64,000 nt of DNA from Chara braunii (lineage: Eukaryota > Plantae > Charophyceae), in contig BFEA01000042.1 of the NCBI GenBank assembly GCA_003427395.1, positions 2,604,271-2,668,270 of the forward strand, read 5' to 3'. Under the pieces are notes generated by a model. That model made no database searches, was not told the DNA's origin, and saw nothing but the letters and a program-made list of their open reading frames with translations. This document shows positions 51,426 to 64,000 of this stretch, piece by piece. Every line of letters begins with the position of its first letter. Within the stretch, counting starts at the first letter, position 1. A program made the position numbers and the translations under genes.

Positions 51426-53049
51426 TCTGTTTGTCTAATAGTATCTGTCTGTTTGTCTATTCGTACGATAAGTTTCATTTCTTACCTTTAAACAACTAGT
51501 ACTTGGCACAGGCAAAAAAAAAAAATGATTCTCGAATACGAGCACATTTTCCGGGGCTCGGGGGAGGCGTGGTGGAGCAACGGGGGAGGAAGCCAGTGGG
51601 CCCAAGAAAAATGGTCAAATGGATTGCAATGTGTCATGTTGGTTCCTGCTGTGCATGTTTCCACATGCATGGGCTCTGAGGCAATGATGTGAGGAGAAAA
51701 TAAAGACATCAGGGCATTTTCATCCGAGCACTTTCTTTAGGTTTCCAATTACAAGTCGAGAGGATTCCCTAGAGAAGCTGCAATGATGGTGTCACCGAAT
51801 GAAACGACATGAAAAAGAGACAGGTGGGTGGGTCGTGCATCGTGCAGCAAGGACATACTCACACAAGGACTCTGGCTGAGCTGAGGTCATAATACTGGTC
51901 AAATGCATCCTAGAAAGGTCCTCGTGCAAGTATACCTTGAGGCCGTTGCAACAGTTTCTCATTTTTATGTTTTCTTTGAAAGAAAAAAAAAAAAATGCAA
52001 ACAACAAACTTACGTGATTTGGGCACACGTGACAGATAGTGCATCATGAAGGCCGGAGAGAGATATTACGAATCCCTCTGCCAGAAGGCAGAGGGACTGG
52101 AAAGTGCAGAGCCAACACTGCCACAACTTCTGGAGCGATGTATGTGGTGCAGATTCTGGGTTAGATGCATCTAGCCCACACAACTTGAAAATTAGACCAT
52201 CCTTTTCCCTTTTTCAAGAGTGAAAACGAATCCTTTTGTATCGCGCATGCTGGCACGAGGTCCAGCACTCATATATCACACAGGGCGGTACCGATACCTC
52301 CCCCTTTCCTCCACTGGTGCCTCTTGTTTTCAGGCTCGGCACAATGTGACGCGTAGGGTGGTTTTAGGCTCGGTATCAATAGCTGAGCCAAATACTGGTC
52401 GTTTCTGTGGATTGCCTAATAATGTAGAAGTTAGAAAGGCACCAGTGAGTTTTATATTTTGAAGTTTGAAAGGGGCCCGTGGGTTCTAAATTTGAAAACA
52501 GAAAGAAATCATATGGTGTACGTATTTTATATCTTAAAGTTGAGAAGTTTCTGTCTCTCTATCTATCTGTCTTTGTTTGTCTGTCTATCTGTTTGTGAGT
52601 ATTTTTTTGTCATTCCGTCTATTTGTCTGTCTCCATCCGTTTGCCGTAGGTCTGGGACGAAATGAGCGAGGTTCAGCACTGGACATAGTAAGATAAGCAC
52701 CTCCGTATAGTAGCTCCTCCTCTAGCTGCTCCTGTCCATAGTTGGGAGTTATACGTATTGTGCCAAAATATCCTATAGTCTGATTTAAGATTTTGCATAC
52801 CTACAGTAAGACAAGCAAAAATGTCAAGTGAAAAGTTGAAAACAAAGTGGACTTGGAAAAAATATTTTTTCTTGGGAATCTTTACCGCATGGCCTTTTCA
52901 AAATTTAAAATAACAATTATTTTAAAAAGAAAAACCATCAAATTATTTAAGATATATTGGTCAATGGAAAACTATTTTTTCCCAAAACATCATTGCATAT
53001 TTGCAAACTGGACAATTTTTCAATTCCAGTTTTCACGAATACCTTGTTT

Positions 53050-55060
53050 AGAGTCCTTTTGAGCCAAGAACCCACCAACAGACGTCGGTCCAACGTCAGT
53101 GCATACTACGAATGATATTTTATCTTCATCCTCGAAATATGGAACCCCAAGGATCTAAACACCTTCTTTAAACTCGTTTTTCAAAATATTTACCGCATTT
53201 TTTTGCTCACTTGCCCAATTCCACTTTATCCCTTTACGCAGTAGCCTTCTTAAGGGCTCAGCCTTTTCCGCGTACCCTTTTATGAAATTCTTTCAGAACC
53301 CGACCACTGTTAAAACTGACATATATCGGTAATATGTCCCAGGGGCGTAGGCCAGTTCATAAGTTTTTCTAGCTTTGCCGGGTTCGGCCGTCTATTGTTT
53401 TTGTCACAAATATAACCGAGTATCTTAATGGAGGGTACGACCCACCTACTGTTCGTCCTACTCACCATGAGATTCGTGTCTTATAGCTTCACTAAGACCC
53501 TTTTGATATCCTCGGCGTTGGTTGCAACGAACTTCCTCACTCCGGGCCTCACCTCAGTCTCATCCTTCTCGTACGACCCTTTGATCGGAAAGTCGTCTAT
53601 AAAAACTTCCACCAAATTTGGTATAAGGTCTCCCAACACCGAGACCATCGCTATTGAAAGACTGCTACGCCATTAGTCCACTCCATCGGCACCACCATCA
53701 CCTGGATTAATCATAGTGGCGTGTGCATCAAAGTTAGGTGTCGGTCCCTATAATCCAGCGGGATCTCATCGTAACCCGAGAAAAGATCGCAGACGGAATA
53801 AATCGAACGCTCGGCTGATCCTTCGAACAAGAGATCTGAATTTGGAATGAACCCAACATCCCTAACCGTGACTTTATTCGTTTTTTGCAGATCTTTTATC
53901 CACTGTAACTTCCCATTTGACTTTCGTATGAAGAACCACATGTTCGCATAGGGGCTCTCACATGGTTCAACCACAAATGTCCTGATTTTTTCCTTCAGGA
54001 AATCTACTATCACCTCTTTTTTATTCTAAGCACATTTTCATCTTGCATTGTTCCACGACACTTGTGGAACCGTATAGATCCTTGCTGGTTTAGCATATCG
54101 CGGATTTATTCATCCCCTCTCCGCATGACAGAAGGCTGCCGCCTTATCACAGACCCGTAGTGTCTCAATTATTAGTTCTCTCTCCCCCTCGGTTATATTC
54201 TCATCGCCTACATCCATCCCTTTCAACCTTTCTTCAGTAATTTTTTGCTCTTCGGTGGTCTTACGTTCCCTGATCATCTGAGTTATTTACTCCTTTATGA
54301 TCCCTATTTCCCCGGTCCTATCACAGCTAACTGCAGTCGGTTTAACCTTTTGGGCTACAATTTTATATCTTTTCTCCCCGCCGTGTGGGGGAATTCCTCC
54401 AAACAAGACAGGTTTATGCGCCCTCCGAACTCATCATTGTCGCTTTCTTTTGGGTAAACAGTCCCGTCTACCATATATTTGTCGTCTAAATCTTCGACTT
54501 TCATCCCCTTTCCTCTCACTTTATGAGGCCCTAAGGTGAGTTTTTCAGGGGTCATCTGACAACTCCGTGTCATGAGCTGGCCTTTACTCTGCAGGGAAAC
54601 TTTGTGATGTTTTTCAAACTCATTCACAGTCTTTAGCGTAAGCCTACTGCCCTCAGGTCCATCTATGATAACTGTTTGACCTCCATCCCGCTTATTCTCG
54701 GTAGTAGCGTTGACATGTGTCAGCCAAGTCATCCCAAGGATTAACTCCGATAAACAATGCTCCACCGTAAAAATTGGCACAGTGGCCCCGACTCCAGCCA
54801 CCACTACCCTGGCCTTATGACATACCCCAAGCGTCGTTTGCCTCAACTTATTAGCCGTAACCATAGTCATGGCGACGTGCTAATCCACTTCTAGCCCAAG
54901 CTTCTGCCCTACCTTATCCTCGAAGAAAGTAGATTCTGACCCATGATCCATAGTAGCCTTCATTCTAACTCCGTTCACGGTGACGTTTAGTTTTCCACTA
55001 TCAAGGACGTAGAAGTAACTGCCCTCTCCCTCAACGGTCTCTGCATCTTTCTTTCCTCCT
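53050..55060 (-). pseudogene. Gypsy 2 protease, RT and RNase H N-terminus
   Basis: ATMDHGSE, LILGMTWL, DLFSGYDEIPL, EVFIDDFPIKG, VCTDVGPTSVGGFLAQ. Confidence 0.9.
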
Positions 55061-55070
55061 TTTTCAGATG

Positions 55071-56842
55071 TTAATAAGAAGTCTTCGCCTCCACTCTATG
55101 ATCTCCGGTGGCCGTCGCCTCTAATAGTGACACCTTTGCTATCTTCATTATAGTACCTATCAATTCATCCCTTGCCAGCCCACAGTTGGCTTTGAATTTC
55201 TTGAGAGTAATAGAGATAAGCATATCCATTGCTCTTCTCAAGGGTTCTCTTAGGTCGACTCCGTCCAGCGTGCTCGTCAACTGGAACTTCTTGGGCCCCT
55301 TTTTCCTTGGGAATATGAGCGACTTGGGCGACTCCAACTGTTCATTCGTCATTGGTTTATCCGTATTCTCTTTCTTCTTATGACTCGATTCTCCAACTCT
55401 TTGGGTACATAGGAAAGCCTCGTTATCATTCATTGATTCCTCAAACTTAATAGAGGAGATCCCTATTCTCGGGCTCTCAGGTGCCTCATCAACCTCATCT
55501 TCGAAGGTCACTCTAGAGATCCTGGCCGCCAAGGGCGCCTGTGCCTATTTAGCCTTCACCTCATTCATTCTCCTTCTTCGGATATCAATGTTAATTTTCA
55601 TCAAAGGCAAGAAGGGCACAGACTTTTCTTCATCCGCCAACATCACATATTTTCTATTATCTAATTCAATGATCCCTTCCTTTAAGGCATCTAACATCGG
55701 ATGACAGTCCCTCTTCCTGTGGTCCTCAACGCCATAGTACATGCAAGCCTTATCATTCCATGTCCATCTTGAGCTAGGGTTTCCTTTCTCTCGACCTTCT
55801 GGTCGCGGAGTGACCTTGACAGACGGCTCTTCTTTTCTTTGACTGTTGTTCAGTAACTTCTCAATGGTTGCCTTCAGCACCTCTATTTCTTTTGTCATTT
55901 CTTCCTCATGTCATTTCGGTATTCTAGACTCTGTTTTATCCCTGGACTTCCGCCGGCTGTCTTTCTTATTGGACCATCTAGAGGTCCCCCATTCCTCATT
56001 GTTTCTTTTTCAATCTCCTCGGTTCTCTTTCCTCTATTCACCATCACTTCTACTAGGCTCTCCCATTTTGGGTGAACTCGAATTTGTATCTCTCCCTTTC
56101 AGTTTTGTTTTCCTATCCTCAGTTTGAAGCCTTCTTCCTCCTCTTCCCGAAGTTGCTCATTTTCCTAGGTTATCCATGACTTTCCGCATATGTGCCTTGA
56201 CGCTCTGCCCTTCCGTATCGTGAGCTAAGGCCTTAACTTGCGCAGACGTCACGCTTCTGGAGGGGAGTTCCCTCACAACCATCTTACACCTCTCTCACGG
56301 TAGAGACCCTAAGAATATTCCACATCTTTTTATTTCTCTCATAAATCCTCCTTCCACTAGCGGGTTCGAGGTCTTCTCGTATCTCCTCGCAAGCGCTATT
56401 AAACTTTCATTCTCATCCTTCTTCATCTCTTTAAGATCCTCCACAGAGTATGAGATTTCATCACAAGCAAAGACCTTAGTAACCTTCTCCCTGAATGTCA
56501 GCCAACGACTATCGTCGGGAATGACGCTCCTCACTTCTCGACCTATCTTTGGTGGAGTATGGTGGAGGAAGTTTGCAATCATCTCTTGATCAATCCATTC
56601 CCCTCTCATCCCAATAACCTCTCAGTCATCCAGAAACTCGGAGACGTTTTGTCCGGTGAAGATTTTTTGAGTTCCGACCAACGTCGGTGGTTGGTATACC
56701 GGGGCCAAAAGAAAGGCGACACATAGGAGTTTGACACATACGTCATCGAATAAGGACTCCTTCTGTAAGGTTCAGTAGGGACTTCTCTCCACATTTCCTC
56801 AACTTCTGAATCGGTAAACCTCGACACTCTGGGCCTAGTCAA
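55071..56842 (-). pseudogene. Gypsy 2 gag
   Basis: IFTGQNVSEFLDD*E motif at about 56625-56665; degenerate knuckle CMYYGVEDHRKRDC. Confidence 0.8.
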
Positions 56843-59270
56843 AACCTCTCTCCTTCAACCTTCTCCTTTTGCGCTACGCCCTTCTAGCTCCTTAGCCAAA
56901 ATCTTTAATTCTCGTAAGGTCTTATCTTTAATTCTCGTAAGGTCTTTCTTAGTTTCTCCGCGTCGTTTATATACTTCACATCCTTTCAGGGTTGCTAGTC
57001 CTTGACTCTTGTGTTTTCACGTCCACCCCTATTGAAGTCAAATAAGCTCCCTAAGCATCCATTTTTCCGACCAATCCTCGGATACTCGACCCAGGGCGGC
57101 TAAAATTCTCTCCGCCTACCCTTCCAGAATCTCTTGTAGCGCTTCGAAGACGGCGCCCTCTCCCTCAGCCCTAGTAACCAAGGCAGTGGTCAATACGACC
57201 CTCGTAAAACGAGAATTAGCCTCAAGCGTTCTTAGTGAAACTCCATCAACCACAATCTTAGAAAATTCTCCGGACTTTCTCGCCCTTTCTTTCCGTCTAA
57301 CTCTCGTTTCTGTTATCGACTCTCTTCACGTACGAACAGTGGTCTCTCCTTCGAAAGGTGTTGTGTGAATCTCAATTATCACCAATCGAAGCTCAAAAGG
57401 GGCGCACACAATGGGTGGGCAGGGCCTCAATAGGGTTTCTAACCTTGCCGCAAGTCGTTTAACCCACAGGCAGGCGATTTCGTTAACAAAATAGCACGGG
57501 TGCGTGTTCTTCATAAATCGTGGGAAAATTCGTAAATCCAATGGGAGACACAAGACGAACACACAAGGGCGACGAAATGTAGACGCTTGAGCTATTGGAC
57601 CGACCATCTAAAAAAGCTTGAAAACATATCACAAGAGGAGAGTGGTACGGTGCCTTCTGGCTAGCACGCATGCCTGATAAACAAGACCTCCCATCAGTTG
57701 CACCGCATGTTCTCGACTCTCCACCGAGGAAACCTTGCTTCATCGGGTGAAAGAGAGACGCTCCCAAACCGGAGTTCAAGCCGCATGAGTCTGTCGACAT
57801 CAACAACTTCGTCGTGTTCCTCGCACCCGACGGGTATGTTGCAAAGGGCTACACATTCAAGATCGGATGCGTTATGGAGCGAGATGATAATCGCATCCGC
57901 GTGAAGTACTGGATACATTGTGGAAGGGATCGCGACTTAGCGAAGTTGTATGCAGACGCATGGGCAAAGACATGAAATGTCTAAACTGAGTCTAACGACG
58001 GCTGGCAAAACCTCGATGTCGTTGTGTGGGCATGGACCAACAATAAACGCTCTGAGACCGGTATTCAGATACCTAAGCGAGTGACTCTCAATGCATAGTT
58101 GTCGCTGACCGTCCCTGGCAAGATACCTGCATGAACGCAAGATATGAGATCGGCTTCAGACACATCTTTATAGATGTGATGAGGAAAGGAGTATGAGTGA
58201 GGATCGTATGTTCAATATTACGAACAACATAGAACACATTGCTAGTTGTTCGATTAGATTGCATTTTCTCATTTTTTCGTTGTGTTTAGAATATCTACAT
58301 CGTCGGAGTGGAAGCGTAATGAGAAATGGAGGACGGCTGTGAAATGGGAGGACCTGCTATCATGAAAAACAAGAACGCAAATGAGGGTTGTCGGCGTGGA
58401 GGCAGTCGACTGGTCGGCATTGGAGCCCTCGATTGAGATGTGGTACGAGGATGAGCGCCTACAAGTTTACAACCTCGCCAAGACGGTTGAGCCTGATGCA
58501 AACAACGAAAGGCAAGACAGTGGCAAATGAACCAAAGTGTTTTACGGGTTGGGGTTAGTTCACATGCGGGGGGAGAATGGGCGTAAAGGATCAGTGACAT
58601 GCATGACGTTTTGTTCAAACGGTGGCTTGACACGGTGCGCGACACGGATTGAACGATCGAAGGTGTCGTCGATGGAGCAAAACACCAACATGCAAAGGGC
58701 GACATTGAAATATGTCAAACATCTATGCAACGAAATCGGAGACGCAATGTTGCGCTTCATCAATGAAAGGTCGAGGATCATCATTCACGTGGCGACGACT
58801 TTAATCACATGCCACAACGAAGACGGAAAAAAAAAAAAAAAACTGAAAAAAACTAACACAATAACAAAGTTCAATATTGTCGATTATATTCGACGACGTG
58901 AAAGTGGCAAACGGAACAGCCTGCAGTCCGTCTTGCGTCATTGTCTGCATTAATCGCCGTTTCGCAACCACACTAATCATTCTCTAATGACCCGCATGTG
59001 CATGCGGGGAATGACAATGACTCTCTGGTGTTATCCGCGGTGCGTTCTGTTCCATACTAGCTTGCTGGAGTATTTCGTGCATTGAAGTTGAAGTAAACGT
59101 TTTTATTTTTTTCATTAACCCATTTCGTTTGTTTTCCTTCTTGACAAGGCGGATTTCCTTCAGCTAGCTACATGTTCACCATCATTTTTCAAGTGCACGA
59201 TTTCGTTTTTTTTTAGTATAGACCATGTATGATATGTCTCAAACTTTTGTAGACATTCATATAGAGAGCT

Positions 59271-59271
<1 letters not shown>

Positions 59272-59350
<79 letters not shown>
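59272..59350. repeat. (AG)n microsatellite at a gap edge
   Basis: Pure AG run. Confidence 0.95.
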
Positions 59351-59838
59351 NNNNNNNNNNNNNNNNNNNNNNNNNNNNNNNNNNNNNNNNNNNNNNNNNN
59401 NNNNNNNNNNNNNNNNNNNNNNNNNNNNNNNNNNNNNNNNNNNNNNNNNNNNNNNNNNNNNNNNNNNNNNNNNNNNNNNNNNNNNNNNNNNNNNNNNNNN
59501 NNAATATATTTGGGGGGGGGGGAACAAAACAGGGGGTTCAATATGTTTCCAAGGGAGGGCAGGAGGGCAGGGGGGCAAAGGGGAGGGTATTTGCGAGGAC
59601 AATACAAAACTTCGATAGTAATTAAATACATGTAAACAAACATACAAATAGTAAACTAACCAATGCAATAATGAAACAACCCACATATATATATTGCCAA
59701 TCATAAGTGTTTTTTGGTATGATACTCAATATGTTTCTGTAATCTTCATGCATTAGCCGGAAAAGAACAGAAAATTTCATGATTTTATACTGTGAAAGAT
59801 AATAAATGTTAATCGATATGCTTGAAAAGTAATAAAAC

Positions 59839-60108
59839 CTAGGCTACCAGAGCGGGCTGGGGTCGCGTGCTCGACCAGGCCAAAAAAAAAAAAAAAAAAA
59901 AAGTTAAAAATAATATTTTTAAATTTTATTTTTTGTTTTAATTCGGTGAAAAATTTCGATATGTTCCTAAAACAAAAGTTGTTTGATTTTTTTTTCTGCA
60001 TAACATAGTTTTTTTTTTTGTTTTTTTTTGTTTTTTTTGGCTTGGACCTGCATTGGTCCTTGCACGGGCTGGCCACCCGAGACCCGGGCGGCCCGTCTGG
60101 TAGCCTAA
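59839..60108. mobile_element. hAT-like MITE
   Basis: TIR CTAGGCTACCAG / CTGGTAGCCTAA; perfect 8-bp TSD AATAAAAC. Confidence 0.85.
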
Positions 60109-60409
60109 AATAAAACTCATCATAAAGACCCTTATAACTTCCCATAATGGCAATGAAATTGTAACACCCCCCAAATTTTGTAAGAAAGCGATGTAAAATT
60201 TGCGGTAAACAGGACCACAAAATACAAACAAAAGTGGGGTACCTCCCAAAAAGTGACTTAACAAAACATCAAAAGTCACCAAAATCACAGTGAAAATGAT
60301 AAATCCAATTTCGTTCAAAAAATATAAAATGTCCGTTTGGACGAAATCGCTATTAGTAGATCGAGGGTGTGAACACCACCAATAGATCCGAGTCGAGCCT
60401 CCAACGCGA

Positions 60410-61800
60410 GGGACCACTTTAACCACCACTGCAGGACTTCGTAAAGTCGCGGCGGTTAACAAGCCGTGACAATGATGAACGAACGGCCCACTACTGGAGC
60501 TGCGCCCAAATTCATCCGTCAAGTCGGACTAGAAACGTTTCCACTCTATTGTTTTCCGCGGCCGACGTATGAACCAAGTGCTGGTGGTTTAAGGAGGATG
60601 TGCATATCTCTTTGTTGAGTGGAAGCCCCTTGACTCGAAGCTTAAAGCACCATGGACCAAAAAAGAAGGCCATCAACCCGATTAGGCATGATCATTGTGA
60701 TTGGGCCATCATCGGTTGTCGGTTAGACTATATCTGATATTAAGAACTCAACCAGCAGACTTCTTACTAGGTATGTCCTGCCTGAGGCTGCCTCCAACCG
60801 GCTGGCATCCTGAGTGGTGCTTGAACCCACCAACTCGAGCGCCACAGCCGTTGCCGTTGTCTGGTCAAGTACTGCTTCAGGCGAGCGAGCTTCTCTCTAC
60901 CAGGCACCACACTGCCACAAACTACAGCAACTGTCCGGTGATAGGGTGGTGCAACGCCCCAGCGACTGGAACGCCGTAATTCTGGCGGGAACCCAGTACC
61001 TATCCTATCCGGTGGAACTCAAGGATGCAACTGCAGGAGCTAGGCGGTAGGGACTGCCGGTTCTATTCCCGGCAGGCGCTTAAACCACCAGTACTTCCTA
61101 AAGTCATGCCCCGATTTTAGGAAACGTTATGGGCCACTAGAGGAGAGCCCAAATTCATCAGGCTAGAAACATTTCTAGGGTATTGTTTTTCCCACGGAGG
61201 ATAGCTGGGCCATGTACTCGTGGTTTAAACCATTAGTACTTCCAACTTCCAAGCCACTTTTACCCCCCGGGGGCTAGAAACGCCCTGCATGCCAAAAAAG
61301 ATGAACCGGCGGGGGGCTCCTTTTGGCTGGCGCCACCAGCCATTTTGCTCCGGCAGCGGGCCTCCGAAAGTTGCGGCGTGCATACAGCCGCACCAGAGAA
61401 CAATGGCTGGGAAATATACTCAGTCTGAGGCCTTAAACCACCAGTTAGTGTACTTCCCAGAAGTGCACCAGTAAAAGCGCTAGGATGTACGGGCCTGTTG
61501 CGCAAGCCTTAGGACAAAAAATTTCATGATGACCCTAATGTCAGAAAGTCCGCATAGTTGGGAAAGGTACCGGTGGTTTAAACCACCCGTACTTGGCCCA
61601 GCTATCAATGCCGAGGCTCCGAGCACCCTGCGTGCCAAGTCTGAACGAACTGCCAGCGCGACGGTTTGTTCTCGTCCTGGCTGGCGCCTCCAACCACTGT
61701 GGTCTAGTAGCCGAAGCCCTAAGGGCGCGGCGCGTTAACGAGGAAGCGCCGCGGCCTATGTACGGGCCAAGTACTCGTGGTTTAAACCAACAGTACCCCC
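60410..61800. repeat. Dispersed array of palindromic GTAC-N-GTGGTTTAAACCAC-N-GTAC motifs
   Basis: Full copies at 61214, 61567 and 61770; partial copies near 60413, 60578, 61080 and 61432. Confidence 0.65.
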
Positions 61801-61954
61801 ACACCTCACTTTCCAAATGCAGATTTCCACTGTGCTGCAGGCACCCCCAGCTATTTCATTCAGGCAGGCCGGGCTCCGAAGGAGGAGGCGCGTTTACAGC
61901 AGTGTTGGAACACAATGGATGGGAAGATACTGCTGCTTTAAGTAAAACCTACAG

Positions 61955-62427
61955 GCTGCTGCCATTTCGTTAAAACTGACATATTTTAAGTTTTAACAGA
62001 GTAATTGTTTGTGGTTGAAAATGGTGCCACTGGATTTTTCAATGTGATTTTGAATTTTTTACGACTTACTTTGTGTTTCTGTTTACTAGGGTTGTGTATA
62101 GGGAGGGCGGTGTCTACGGTGCACATCACCCTAAACCCAAGACACAAAGAAAGTCGCGAAGAACGCAGCACAAATCATTCATTTTCAACAACAAACAATT
62201 CCTTTTACTCAACTTTAATGCAACCAAAAAAACAAAAACAAAAAAGACAGTTCTAATGAAATGGTAGTTATTGACATTATGATGGTGGAATTTTTAACTG
62301 CTTTATGCCACTGTATGGTGTTTCACAATCATGATCTTTCCTGATTAAAACACCCGACGCATTCAATTCATAGCTATTGCACTGACTGAATTTTAAGGTT
62401 GTGAATATGATCAAACAAACACACAGA

Positions 62428-62483
<56 letters not shown>

Positions 62484-62773
62484 NNNNNNNNNNNNNNNNN
62501 NNNNNNNNNNNNNNNNNNNNNNNNNNNNNNNNNNNNNNNNNNNNNNNNNNNNNNNNNNNNNNNNNNNNNNNNNNNNNNNNNNNNNNNNNNNNNNNNNNNN
62601 NNNNNNNNNNNNNNNNNNNNNNNNNNNNNNNNNNNNNNNNNNNNNNNNNNNNNNNNNNNNNNNNNNNNNNNNNNNNNNNNNNNNNNNNNNNNNNNNNNNN
62701 NNNNNNNNNNNNNNNNNNNNNNNNNNNNNNNNNNNNNNNNNNNNNNNNNNNNNNNNNNNNNNNNNNNNNNNNN

Positions 62774-62824
<51 letters not shown>

Positions 62825-63475
62825 GAAAAGCAATTGATTCCTGGAGAGATGGATTACGAAGAGGTGATTGGTCAAACTTGGGATGGGAGATCTGTCGGGA
62901 CATAAAGATGCTTTTGGATGTGAAGGCACATCAGAAGAAAGGGATAAGAGTCTAGTTAAGTGTTTTGCTGTTGTTTTGCAAAAAGGCAGCGGCCTTGGGG
63001 TACTGGTGGCCTGCCCAGTCTAGGTGCACTGTCTGATATGATCTTCGGTGGAGAAGGGGAGGAATAGAGGGGAGGGGTGAGCTCGAAGTTCCCTAGTGGA
63101 CAGGATTTCTCATGCCAAAAGGAATCAGATTCCTTTCTGAAAGGAGTGTTTTGGCAATGAACTGCCATTTCGTTAAAACTGACATTCTTTGTAGTTGAGA
63201 ATGAATGTTTTGGCAATGAACTGCCATTTCGTTAAAACTGATTGTAGTTGAGAATGAATGATTTTTTGCTGTGTTCTACACGACGTTCTTTGTGTTCTGG
63301 GAGGGCGTTGTCTACAGTAGACAGTACTACACAGTGTAGACACCACCCTACCAAAACAAAAAAAAATAAAGCAAGTCATGAAAATCACATTTAAAAAAAA
63401 ACACCATTTTCAACCACAAACAATTTCGTTAAACGAAACCAAATGGCAGTTTTTACAAAATGGCAGTTTTTTCTA
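61955..63475. repeat. Two diverged copies (about 61955-62270 and 63150-63475) of a MITE-like unit
   Basis: Both start CTGCCATTTCGTTAAAACTGA, contain GGGAGGGCG.TGTCTAC...CACCCTA, and end with the inverted AAATGG(C/T)AGTT. Confidence 0.55.
62431..62820. repeat. (AG)n microsatellite spanning an N gap
   Basis: AG runs on both sides of gap 62484-62773. Confidence 0.9.
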
Positions 63476-64000
63476 GGGACAAAAAGACCTGCTCGAACTT
63501 TCAATGACTTGTTCTTCTTATAATTTTTTTTTTTTAAATGTCATTTGCCATCAGGAAAAGGAGTCTGGCTTCTCAGCCCATACTTGCAGTAGCAACTGTA
63601 AATTCTGTAATTGCATCAAGTGCCATCCACTGGAAGTCCTAGGACTTATCCAGGAAAAAGGTGTACGATTGTACGCTATGCAATCGCCATACGGGCACGC
63701 AGAAACCGTACTACGGGTACCCCTACGTTCTACGTGCGCGTACATAGGGGGTGCGTCACCGACTAGCAGGGTCAGACCCCCTTACTTAACCAAGGCATAT
63801 AAAGCCCTGTAACCCCCTTTAAAGCTTCCTATACCCCCACCTTGCCCCCTTGTACACCCCTTACGCCCCCCTGAGCTCCCCCATTTTAGCTTTTAACCCC
63901 TTACACCTCACCTTATACCACACTCAGGGGCCTTACACCCTTCTTAAACCCCACATCCCACGTTATAACCGCCTTAAACAATCCCTTGTACCCCCCGTGC

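Larger units (their letters stand above)
44475..53049. mobile_element. 8.6-kb composite non-coding TIR element (AAACAAGG termini, 2-bp TSD) with nested insertions
   Basis: TIR AAACAAGGAATTCATGAAAAGTGGA / TTCCAGTTTTCACGAATACCTTGTTT; TSD AG; excision restores RH FLAQKDSSGKERPLRFES. Confidence 0.85.
41740..57400 (-). mobile_element. Ty3/gypsy LTR retrotransposon 2, internal region, split in RNase H by two insertions
   Basis: gag/PR/RT at 53050-57400; RH at 44392-44474 and 43600-43869; INT at 41950-43300; reading frames rejoin across the insertions. Confidence 0.9.

Noticed and set aside
50478-51491. PAC/LP-rich ORFs
   Set aside because: Translation of the (CCTG)n satellite.
57420-58953. Possible degenerate Harbinger Myb-like or transposase remnant
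   Set aside because: Only vague fragments across several frames; no catalytic motif or TIR could be confirmed by eye.

Overview
Eukaryotic, transposon-saturated scaffold segment with five N gaps and no supportable host gene. The TE complement resembles a charophyte alga such as Chara; this is inference and was not checked. Main contents: (1) a Penelope-like retroelement (2639-10297, +) bounded by direct pseudo-LTRs that each carry a minimal hammerhead ribozyme, with a CCHC/coiled-coil ORF1 and an ORF2 whose GIY-YIG endonuclease lies N-terminal to the RT, interrupted by an hAT-like MITE and a 5'-truncated LINE; (2) several LINE 3' ends sharing a conserved tail motif; (3) two decayed Ty3/gypsy elements on the minus strand (about 23800-33830 and 41740-57400); (4) many nested non-autonomous TIR elements with 8-bp, TA or 2-bp TSDs. 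The most unusual signal is upstream of gag in gypsy element 1: a tightly packed array of five paralogous ORFs of about 140-190 aa sharing a domain I cannot assign, some joined by overlapping stop/start junctions. A Nextera mate-pair junction adapter at 146-183 is an assembly artefact.
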